Positions 56,175 to 64,000 of a stretch of DNA of 64,000 nt are shown piece after piece. This stretch comes from Syntrophaceae bacterium. Lineage in GTDB: Bacteria > Desulfobacterota > Syntrophia > Syntrophales > Smithellaceae. Within the stretch, counting starts at the first letter, position 1, and each line of letters begins with the position of its first letter. The stretch spans positions 5,821 through 69,820 of the forward strand of contig JAGPFA010000003.1 of NCBI GenBank assembly GCA_018056765.1, in the 5' to 3' direction. Under the pieces are notes generated by a model, which ran no database searches, had not been told where the DNA came from, and was given only the letters and a program-made list of their open reading frames with translations. The position numbers were made by a program, and so were the translations under genes.

Positions 56175-56585
56175 TTATGGGAGATCAGGCAGCTTTAAAT
56201 TGCCATTACTTTCGCGCCAGGTTTTTTCGTCAAACCGGGCGCGGTAATTCTCTGTTGTATTCATAAAATCGTCAAGGATTTTATCGGGAGCGTAGCAATC
56301 TGAAAGGTCCGTCGGCAAATCTACTGAAGATTCGGGGAAAGTCATCTGAAAAACCTCAAGCGGCGTCCAATGAAAATCACCGACATATTTTTCCTTGTAT
56401 TCCCGATAAAGTGGATCGGCGCCGCTCGAAAAACCCACCAGCGGCAAAGCCCAGGCCCGGTCATTGGCCGCATTCATGATAGTGTTCTGATCTGACAGGT
56501 TTATGAAATCCCTGATCAGCCCCTCTATCCACATCCCGTCTTTTTTCCGATGATCTTGCGCCATAGGCCGTCCTTCCACTCTCAT
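56175..56585 (-). CDS. Hypothetical protein, possibly an N-terminal fragment of a larger Fe-S/reductive-dehalogenase-like protein
   Basis: 136-aa ORF. DRAWALPLVGFSSGADPLYREYKEKYVGDFHWTPLEVF resembles the N-terminal region of longer Fe-S oxidoreductases as I recall them. No Cys-cluster region follows. Weak call. Confidence 0.3.
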   Translation of the reverse strand: MRVEGRPMAQDHRKKDGMWIEGLIRDFINLSDQNTIMNAANDRAWALPLVGFSSGADPLYREYKEKYVGDFHWTPLEVFQMTFPESSVDLPTDLSDCYAPDKILDDFMNTTENYRARFDEKTWRESNGNLKLPDLP

Positions 56586-56928
56586 TAGCGGCTATTTTGC
56601 ACAACAGTGGCAACCAAAGTCAACCCCTGCTTGTACATTTACCCCCTATCCGGCAGGAAAATGACCATTACCTCCAGCTGCAAAAAGAGGGGATTCAATC
56701 AGGGCTGCTGCCTGTAGAACTAACTTATCTTCCCCAACGGTTTTGTGCAGTGCGACTTTTCAAATGCGATAAATATTGAACGTAACGACAGAAGAAGAGG
56801 TATATATTCGTAATTATATGTATTTTACCCTTTTATTTTAAAGACGATTCTGTTAAATTGATGTCGGTTTCATGAAAAATAGGGGTGAGTGGCTGACCGA
56901 CTAGTAAAGTATAAAAGAAGGGTGAAAA

Positions 56929-58047
56929 ATGCCAATAGCCGATCACATTGAAAGGGTGCGTCAAGGTTTACGGGAAGGGAAGTATACGTCAGAAGCGGCC
57001 GTGTCGCAGGGGATACTTTTGCCAGCCCTACACGAGCTGGGATGGCCGGTTTTTAATACATCAATCGTAACTCCTGAATTTTCGCTTGAAGGACGGCGTG
57101 TCGATTACGCATTATGTCATCCCGAAAACAAACCGTCGGTTTTCATCGAGGTCAAAAAAGTAGGATCGTCCGAAGGAGCTGACCGACAATTGTTTGAATA
57201 CGCCTTCCATCTTGGTGTACCGATGGCAATCCTGACGGACGGCCGGGAGTGGAGTTTCTATCTTCCCGGTGAACAAGGCCTCTACGATGAACGCCGGGTG
57301 TATAAACTCGACCTTTTGGAACGTGATATTGAGGAGGCGAAAAACAGGCTTGACAGATACTTAAGCTATGCCAACGTCTGCTCCGGTGCCGCTCTCGAGG
57401 CAGCACGCTCCGATTATAAAAACGTGGCAAAAGTAAGAATTATTGAATCTCATCTCTCCAAAGCATGGGAGGCGCTACTTCGCGAGCAGGATTCATTATT
57501 GTTGGAGATGCTTGCTGATAAAGTTGAAGATCTATGCGGCTACAAGCCAGATTTGGACAAGTGTGGAGAGTATCTTGAACTACAGCTACAAAATATCCGG
57601 CATCATGGTCAATATGAAACTGAAAGAAGATCTTCAATCGGACAAACACAGAGAATCGCTCCAGTTACACAACATCTTCACACACCCACAGCTAATAATT
57701 TTAATTTTGTATTCAAAGGTGAAAAATATGAGGCCCGATCGGCTAGAGAGGCCATGACTAGACTTTTTCAATTGCTGCACCGAGAGGACAACGGGTTTTT
57801 TGATAGATTTGCATTGCGCAAACACGGTAAGAAGAGGCGATATCTTTCACAAAACAAAAAAGATTTATATCCCGATCGACCTGATTTGTCAGAACAACAC
57901 TCTGTTGAGGTTGCGCCAGGATGGTGGCTGGGGACTAATTACAGTCGGCGAAACATACAGGATATAATCGATATGGCACTTGAGGTTGCCGGGCCGCAAC
58001 TGAGAAATGCCATCAAAATAAATGTAATGCCTAACCAACGTTCCTGA
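56929..58047 (+). CDS. Orphan PD-(D/E)XK-like (HsdR-N-terminal-type) nuclease-domain protein
   Basis: 372 aa in an AT-rich islet. The N-terminal ~130 aa read SEAAVSQGILLPALHELGW...GRRVDYAL...VFIEVKKVG...AILTDGREWSFY (D...E-V-K core, HSDR_N-like). The C-terminal ~240 aa are unassigned. Confidence 0.55.
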   Translation: MPIADHIERVRQGLREGKYTSEAAVSQGILLPALHELGWPVFNTSIVTPEFSLEGRRVDYALCHPENKPSVFIEVKKVGSSEGADRQLFEYAFHLGVPMAILTDGREWSFYLPGEQGLYDERRVYKLDLLERDIEEAKNRLDRYLSYANVCSGAALEAARSDYKNVAKVRIIESHLSKAWEALLREQDSLLLEMLADKVEDLCGYKPDLDKCGEYLELQLQNIRHHGQYETERRSSIGQTQRIAPVTQHLHTPTANNFNFVFKGEKYEARSAREAMTRLFQLLHREDNGFFDRFALRKHGKKRRYLSQNKKDLYPDRPDLSEQHSVEVAPGWWLGTNYSRRNIQDIIDMALEVAGPQLRNAIKINVMPNQRS

Positions 58048-58209
58048 AAGGGAAGCATCGACATCATCCATCCCACAAACCGGGCTTACCCTTTGTGTTT
58101 TCCCCGATAAAGGTTTATGATTTGTGGCTCTTATCTGGTCAACGATAACGGAGTAAAATGAGGATTCATTTGGCGTAACATTCCAAGCTGGTTTAATAAT
58201 TCCTGCCTG

Positions 58210-58692
58210 TCATTTCCTCAAAAAAAGGTAGGAGTATTCTTTTTCCATTTTCTTTAATTCTTCGGTTTTTTCTTTGAGCATCCATTCCAGGAAGTCTCTG
58301 TTTTGTTTCAGCTCCAGATGGGCCTTGACCCGGGCTTTGACTACTGCGGGGTTAAAGGGTTTGTGGATGTAGTCCACTGCTCCCATTTCCAGGCCTTTTG
58401 TTTCGTCTTCATCTTTGTTCTTGGAAGTAACGAAGATGATCGGGATCTTTTTAGTATCTTCGTCGGCTTTGAGTCTTTTCAGGACTTCGTATCCGTCCAG
58501 TTCCGGCATGACGATATCCAGAAGTATCAAATCCGGCGGCGGGTTCGACTGTGCCACCAGCAGGGCTCTTTTACCGTCTTTGGCGACCATGATTCGGTAA
58601 TCCGTCTTGAGGACTTCGTTGAGCAGGCTGATGTTGGCAGGTTCATCATCGACTATAAGTACTGTCTGGGGTTTTATTTCGCGATACAACAT
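58210..58692 (-). CDS. Single-domain response regulator (CheY-like) with a short C-terminal helical extension
   Basis: VLIVDDEP, LILLDIVMPELDGYEVL, IPIIFVTSK, and the conserved K in IHKPF. Confidence 0.9.
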   Translation of the reverse strand: MLYREIKPQTVLIVDDEPANISLLNEVLKTDYRIMVAKDGKRALLVAQSNPPPDLILLDIVMPELDGYEVLKRLKADEDTKKIPIIFVTSKNKDEDETKGLEMGAVDYIHKPFNPAVVKARVKAHLELKQNRDFLEWMLKEKTEELKKMEKEYSYLFLRK

Positions 58693-58706
58693 ATCTCACC
58701 ATCTTT

Positions 58707-59798
58707 TTAATCACTGTAGCGTCCGGCTGTTTCACGGAACTTGCCGGCAACATTCAAAAATACATCCACCACAGCCGGATCAAAATGTTTTCCGGACTCT
58801 TCTTTTATAATCTTCACGGCGTCATCGTGGGGCACGGCAGACTTGTAAACCCGTTTGGTAATCAGTGCGTCATAGACGTCGGCAACCGCCATGATTCTTC
58901 CTGACAGCGGGATATGGTCGCCGGATATTTTCATCGGGTATCCCGTGCCGTTCCATTTCTCATGATGGGTGAAGGCCATTTCCCTGGCGTAGAACAAAAA
59001 CGGCGCCGGCGCCTTGAGGAACTTTTCAGCATTCAATATGGCATTGCGCCCGATGCGCGTATGGCTTTTCATTATTTCAAATTCTTCCGCTGTGAGCTTG
59101 CCGGGCTTGAGCAGTATATGATCCGGTATCCCTACCTTGCCGATATCGTGCAGGGGAGCGGTTTTAAAATAAAGGTCGATTATTTTTTCGGTGAGGTGAT
59201 CCTTCAGGCGGGGATGTTCGCTCAGGCCTTCCGCCAGCAGTCTGACGTAGTGCTGGGTGCGCTTGATGTGTCCGCCTGTTTCGTTGTCACGGGTTTCCGC
59301 AAGTGAAGCCAGGGCAAAAATAGTTACATCCTGAATATGCGACAGTTCAGCCGTTCTTTTGGAAACTTCCTTTTCGAGAAATTCATTTTTGTCCAAAAGA
59401 AAGTCGCGGACTTTTTTCATCTGCAGCTGGCTGTTGACGCGGGCGTGGACGATCGGGGGGCTGATCGGCTTGGTAATGAAGTCGGAGGCCCCCAGGGTAA
59501 AGCATTTTTCCTCATCTTTGCGGTTTGTTTTGGCAGTGAGAAAAATTACCGGTATGTCGTGTGTATCGGGGTTGCTTTTTATTTTTTTGCACACCTCATA
59601 GCCGTCCATGCCCGGCATGACGATGTCGAGCAGCACCAGATCCGGCGGTTCACTCGAATTGATGATCTTCAGGGCTTTTTCCCCGTTTTTGGCGGCGCGG
59701 ATGGCGTATTCTGAAGACAGCAGTTCGGACAATATTTTGATATTGACCGGTTCATCGTCCACAATGAGGATCGTCTGATGATCTATTTTTTCATCCAT
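58707..59798 (-). CDS. Response regulator with HD-GYP domain (RpfG-like c-di-GMP phosphodiesterase)
   Basis: Receiver (ILIVDDEP, LVLLDIVMPGMDGYEV). HD-GYP motifs HDIGKVGIPD and HHEKWNGTGYP. Its start overlaps the kinase stop by 8 nt. Confidence 0.9.
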   Translation of the reverse strand: MDEKIDHQTILIVDDEPVNIKILSELLSSEYAIRAAKNGEKALKIINSSEPPDLVLLDIVMPGMDGYEVCKKIKSNPDTHDIPVIFLTAKTNRKDEEKCFTLGASDFITKPISPPIVHARVNSQLQMKKVRDFLLDKNEFLEKEVSKRTAELSHIQDVTIFALASLAETRDNETGGHIKRTQHYVRLLAEGLSEHPRLKDHLTEKIIDLYFKTAPLHDIGKVGIPDHILLKPGKLTAEEFEIMKSHTRIGRNAILNAEKFLKAPAPFLFYAREMAFTHHEKWNGTGYPMKISGDHIPLSGRIMAVADVYDALITKRVYKSAVPHDDAVKIIKEESGKHFDPAVVDVFLNVAGKFRETAGRYSD

Positions 59799-62700
59799 CG
59801 AATTTTATCCCTTCCGGAAAATATCCGCCTTGCCGGGCAATCTTGTCCAGAAGATCCAGGGCGAGTTCAAAGTCGTAATCATCCACATATCGCTGCAGGT
59901 CATCCAGCTCATGCCGGAAGCTCATCTCACCGATAGCCTCTTTCAGGCAGGACATCGCGAATTGAGCGTCCGGATCACTTTTTGCCAACAGAGTGGCCAG
60001 TTGTTTCATCGTTTGTTCAATCCGGTTCTCATCCGCCGGTTTGGCCTCCGGGCATTGTTGCATCCCCGGTTTTTTTATCCCCCGCTGGATGGCTCTTATT
60101 ACGGAGTCGAGCACCGGCTCCAGTTCCGCCAGCAGTTTGGCATAAGCTTGTGTCTTTTTTTTCTCCAGGACGGCTTCAAGGTCGCGCGCCAGAGCTTGAA
60201 CTCCCGTGGCGGAAATATTCCCTGCGACACCTTTGAGTGTATGGGCAAGGCTTCTGGCCTCATCAATTTCTCCTTTTTCAACGGCCGCCTGTATCTCCTG
60301 TTTCGCCCCTGCAAACCTGTCGGCAAAATTCAGAAGGAGCCGCGCATAGAGCTCGGCGTTGCCGCTGGCTCTGTGCAAGCCGGAAGGGATGTCGATACCG
60401 CTAATTTGTGCCGGCAAATAATCGTTCACAGTTTGAGCGTCGCTGCGGGTGGTCTGTACTCGGGGCATAGTCACAGGTAAGCCCCGGGGCTGCACCCATC
60501 TGGCAAGGGTTGTAAAGAGCCTTTCCTGATCAATCGGTTTGCTGATGTAGTCGTTCATTCCCGCCGCAAGACACTGCTCTTTGGCTCCGCTTGTGGCATA
60601 GGCGGTCATCGCGATGATCGGCAACTCGCTGAAGCGCCCGTCGGCACGGATGAGAGTTGTCGCCTCATAGCCGCTCATCACCGGCATCTGCACATCCATC
60701 AGCACCGCATCATAAGGTGAAGATTTCACGGCCTCGACAGCCTCTTCACCGTTTACAGCTATATCTATTTCGCAGTCGGCGCTTTTGAGCATCTCGACGG
60801 CCAATTGCTGGTTGATTTCATTGTCTTCGACAAGAAGAATTTTCAGTCCGGTCACTTCTCTTGTACCGAATATTTCTTCCTGCGCTCCTTTTACAGAATC
60901 AGTTAGATGGGTTCCCCTGCCGAAAACCTCAAGGATAGTGTTGATGATCAGTGCTTCATGTGCAGGTTTCATAATAAAGGCGTCTATGATTTTATCTCTT
61001 TCGGCCTTTTTTAAAACCTCCTCACGGCCAAATGCCGTGATGAGTATAATCGCTGGTTTATTCTGAATATGCTCGTCAGTTCTGATGCGCCTTGCAGTAT
61101 CTATGCCGTTTTGGCCTTCCATGAGCCAGTCCATCAAAACCAGCTCATAGGGTCGTTGCCCGGGTGCCTGTGCCTCTCTTAGTTCGTTTATCGCCGCCTC
61201 TCCCGATTCAACTCCAGTGGCCGGCAAAGAGAAGGATGCCAATTGTTCAACAAGGACATCACGAACTGCTTTATTGTCATCAACCACAAGTACACGCAAA
61301 TTGTGAAGGTCGGGCGGCAAGGATAGGTTGTCTTCCTCCCCGAAGTTTTCCGGCAGCATGAATTTCGCTGTAAAGCGGAATGTGGAGCCGCGTCCGACCT
61401 CGCTTTCCACGGTAATTTCCCCGTCCATCATCCCGACAAGATGTCTGGAAATGGTCAGCCCCAGACCGGTGCCTCCGTATTTTCGTGTGATTAACGAATC
61501 GGCCTGTGAAAAAGTATTGAATATTTTTTTCATGTCTTTCCTGGAAATGCCTATGCCGGTATCGACACAACTGAAAGACACTTCAGCCGTACTGTCCGTT
61601 GTTTTCAGTAAATCAGCCCGGAGGACGATATGGCCCGTGTCCGTAAATTTTATGGCATTGCTCAGTATGTTGATGAGGACCTGCTCAAGTCTGAAGGGAT
61701 CTCCTATCAGTTTGCGTGGCACATCCGGGGCGATCGAAATGACCAGCTCCAGGCCTTTTTGCGCGGATTTTAGTGAAAACAAATCCCCCAATTTTTTAAA
61801 TATCTCATCTAAATTGAATTCCATCGACTCGAAACGCAGCTGTCCCGCCTCCATTTTGGAAAAGTCGAGAATATCGTCGATTAAAACCAGCAATGAAGCG
61901 GCGGAATGAGAAATCTTTTTCAGGTAGTCGCGCACCTTCGTGGAGATATCCTGTTTGAGGGCCAGATCCGTGAAGCCCACAATGGCATTCATCGGCGTGC
62001 GTATTTCATGGCTCATGTTGGCCAAAAACTCACTTTTTGCCTTGTCGGCACGCTCGGCAAGCATTTTGGCCATCTTCAGTTCATCAATTTTCCTTTTTTC
62101 GGTGATGTCAAAGAGAATCCCCTCGAAATAAAGAATCTTCCCCTCGTCATCGCAGACACTGTGGGCGTTTAACGAAACATCTATGATCTCGCGGTTCTTA
62201 CGGTAAACTTGCATTTCGAAATTATCGATGTGGCCTTGCTTTTTCAAAATCCGGTACAGTTCCCTCAAGACGGAGGGCTCCACACATGAATCACTGATCA
62301 AAGGGGATACGCTCAATAATTCCTCCGGCGAGTCATACCCGAGCATTTTCACCATCGCGTGATTCATGATTGTAAATTCACCTTGGAGATTGTTCTGGAA
62401 AATTCCTTCAGCGGCATTGTCGAAGATGCCGCGGTACTTGTTTTCACTTTCCCGAAGCGCCCTCTCCATCGTTTTACGCTCGGTAATATTCCGGCACACA
62501 AGTATAATCCCGTTGGGGGACCCGTTTTTGTCCCGTGTGAAAGATGCTGACACTTCCACCCACAAGGTGTGCCCATCCTTGTGATATCTCTCCAGGTCCA
62601 TGTTGACTGAGTAATGCGGATCGGAGATCACCTGGTCGAGTTTAGTGGAAAATACATCTTCAATGGTCTTTCTCACCAGTTCGCGCGATTCCGGCGCCAT

Positions 62701-64000
62701 CGCCTGTGCCGGCGTTAATTTCATTGCCTCTTCAGGCGTGTAGCCGGTCATGCGGGTCTCAGACGGGCTGACGTAGATCGGATTAAAATCCAGATCCAGC
62801 GTGATGATTGAGTCACGCATATTTTCCACGATCATCCTGTATCTCTCTTCGCTTTGGCGAAGCCTTTCCTCCGCTTCCTTGCGATCAGATATGTCGCGGG
62901 AAATAACGACCACTGCTTTGGGCTTCCCCTGTTCATCCCAGACGATATCACCCACTGTGTCGAGCCACACATAATGACCTTCGCTATGTCTGGCCCGGTA
63001 TTCTACCTTAACCTGTTTACCGGTGGTTCTTCCCTCCTCAAACCTCATGATGACTTTTTCCAGATCATCAGGATGAACAACATCAATTGCTGATTGTCCG
63101 ATACGCTCGCCGGGAAGATAACCCAGGTTTTTTTTATGTGACGGACTGGCATATATATTGACACCGTTAAAATCCATCACGCGGATCATATCGGACATAT
63201 TTCCTGTAATCACAGCCAGCATTTCTTCGCTTTTTTTGAGCGCGGACTGAGCTTGTAACTGACCGGTGATATCGCGGGCGATACCAATAAATCCGACAGG
63301 CAATCCGAAACTGTTTGTGTTAAGAGTGGCCGCGAATTCATAAATAAGCTGCGAACCGCCCTTGTTCCGTAAGGCAGCAACAAATGATTTTACCGGTTTT
63401 TTTGTTTTATAGATTTGACGAAAAACCCGATACGTTTGCAAGGCATCCTCGCGGCTTTGCAGCTCGCGATAGCTTCTCCCCAAAAGCTCTTCTCTGGTCA
63501 TCCCCAGGTGGTCACACATCGCGTTATTTACATAAGTATATCTGCCTTCAAGATCAACTTCGAAGTATGCCTCCTGCAGAGTAGCTATTAAGTTTCTGTA
63601 CCTGTCTTCAACCTGTTTCAGTGCAACCGTCAGGTCGACATCACTGAATTGGTTTCTTTGCAAAATGTCCTGGGCTCTTTTTTGTTTAACCTCTCTTTCC
63701 GCAACAGCCTTCAGACGTGGCAAGTTCTTTTTCAATACGAAATCACCGGCACCCATTCTGATACACTCGGCGGCTGCCTCTTCTCCCACATGGTCGGCGA
63801 CAACAATCAGGGGAATATTCCACCCGCAATCTTTTAAATAGGATATGGCCGTGTGAGCATGAAATCCCGTCATGGAATAGTCACAGATAACCAGGTCCCA
63901 CATTTTGTCATTGAGGGCTTTTTTCAATTCATAGAGGTCCGCCACGTGCTTGTATGCCGGAGGCCGGCTTTTCTCTTCCAGATGTGCTGCTATTGCGGCA
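59791..64000 (-). CDS. Multi-domain hybrid sensor kinase (receiver, several PAS domains, HisKA, HATPase_c, two receivers, Hpt), with the 5' end outside the window
   Basis: H-box SHEIRTPMNAI, GTGLGLTIS, receivers (LVLMDWLMEG, AVLMDVQMPVMSGYE), Hpt HTLKGVAGNI. The frame stays open from 63945 to the window edge (…AAIAAHLEEKSRPPAYKH-VADLYEL), so the N-terminal receiver is truncated by the window. Confidence 0.85.
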   Translation of the reverse strand, partial: AAIAAHLEEKSRPPAYKHVADLYELKKALNDKMWDLVICDYSMTGFHAHTAISYLKDCGWNIPLIVVADHVGEEAAAECIRMGAGDFVLKKNLPRLKAVAEREVKQKRAQDILQRNQFSDVDLTVALKQVEDRYRNLIATLQEAYFEVDLEGRYTYVNNAMCDHLGMTREELLGRSYRELQSREDALQTYRVFRQIYKTKKPVKSFVAALRNKGGSQLIYEFAATLNTNSFGLPVGFIGIARDITGQLQAQSALKKSEEMLAVITGNMSDMIRVMDFNGVNIYASPSHKKNLGYLPGERIGQSAIDVVHPDDLEKVIMRFEEGRTTGKQVKVEYRARHSEGHYVWLDTVGDIVWDEQGKPKAVVVISRDISDRKEAEERLRQSEERYRMIVENMRDSIITLDLDFNPIYVSPSETRMTGYTPEEAMKLTPAQAMAPESRELVRKTIEDVFSTKLDQVISDPHYSVNMDLERYHKDGHTLWVEVSASFTRDKNGSPNGIILVCRNITERKTMERALRESENKYRGIFDNAAEGIFQNNLQGEFTIMNHAMVKMLGYDSPEELLSVSPLISDSCVEPSVLRELYRILKKQGHIDNFEMQVYRKNREIIDVSLNAHSVCDDEGKILYFEGILFDITEKRKIDELKMAKMLAERADKAKSEFLANMSHEIRTPMNAIVGFTDLALKQDISTKVRDYLKKISHSAASLLVLIDDILDFSKMEAGQLRFESMEFNLDEIFKKLGDLFSLKSAQKGLELVISIAPDVPRKLIGDPFRLEQVLINILSNAIKFTDTGHIVLRADLLKTTDSTAEVSFSCVDTGIGISRKDMKKIFNTFSQADSLITRKYGGTGLGLTISRHLVGMMDGEITVESEVGRGSTFRFTAKFMLPENFGEEDNLSLPPDLHNLRVLVVDDNKAVRDVLVEQLASFSLPATGVESGEAAINELREAQAPGQRPYELVLMDWLMEGQNGIDTARRIRTDEHIQNKPAIILITAFGREEVLKKAERDKIIDAFIMKPAHEALIINTILEVFGRGTHLTDSVKGAQEEIFGTREVTGLKILLVEDNEINQQLAVEMLKSADCEIDIAVNGEEAVEAVKSSPYDAVLMDVQMPVMSGYEATTLIRADGRFSELPIIAMTAYATSGAKEQCLAAGMNDYISKPIDQERLFTTLARWVQPRGLPVTMPRVQTTRSDAQTVNDYLPAQISGIDIPSGLHRASGNAELYARLLLNFADRFAGAKQEIQAAVEKGEIDEARSLAHTLKGVAGNISATGVQALARDLEAVLEKKKTQAYAKLLAELEPVLDSVIRAIQRGIKKPGMQQCPEAKPADENRIEQTMKQLATLLAKSDPDAQFAMSCLKEAIGEMSFRHELDDLQRYVDDYDFELALDLLDKIARQGGYFPEGIKFDG

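Noticed and set aside
1-64000. A search by eye for tRNA, rRNA or tmRNA genes and for transposase or integrase genes.
   Set aside because: I found no T-loop-type GGTTCGAATCC-like motifs in suitable context, no rRNA-like conserved blocks, and no DDE or tyrosine-recombinase-like ORFs. Absence by eye is not proof, so a tRNAscan or Infernal run would settle it.

Overview
This is a gene-dense 64-kb chromosomal segment with about 48 credible CDS on both strands. I recognised no rRNA, tRNA, CRISPR array, transposase or integrase.

Gene content suggests an anaerobic Desulfobacterota (deltaproteobacterial) host. The clues are a desulforedoxin-like domain, a class-I benzoyl-CoA-reductase-like cluster, many CoA-ester enzymes, and HD-GYP and hybrid-kinase signalling. 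The taxon is inference only.

Ordinary content:
- Transport: an NSS transporter and OppA-like and LivK-like binding proteins.
- CoA-ester and related metabolism: an SDR plus CoA-transferase operon, a FadB-like enzyme and a FabK/NMO-like enzyme.
- Housekeeping: kdsB, radC and lexA.
- Signalling: two-component genes.

Items worth a second look:
1. A BzdNOPQ/BcrCBAD-like four-gene module (41.7-46.1 kb) sits divergent from a translationally coupled operon of a TIM-barrel protein, a Cys-rich protein and an FAD reductase.
2. A RelA/SpoT-synthetase-TPR protein is translationally coupled to a histidine phosphatase.
3. lexA has a GAAC-N4-GTTC box and lies next to a coupled operon encoding an NTF2-like protein and an ATP-grasp-like protein. 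A Pif1-type helicase with a WYL-like tail converges on that operon.
4. A small protein fuses a desulforedoxin-like domain to a histone-H1-like tail.
5. An alanine racemase carries an extra C-terminal domain of about 270 aa.
6. Outer-membrane barrel genes are tandemly duplicated, and one copy is broken by a 3-nt insertion that creates an in-frame TAA.
7. An AT-rich Type IIG restriction-modification gene is wedged between kdsB and radC.
8. A second AT-rich islet encodes an orphan PD-(D/E)XK-like protein.
9. A secreted protein is built from 18-aa KYNPHSGxW repeats.
10. At least six intergenic clusters of a mosaic 'word' repeat family are present. One of them supplies the last codons of a histidine kinase.

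All functional calls come from reading motifs by eye. No searches or computations were run.
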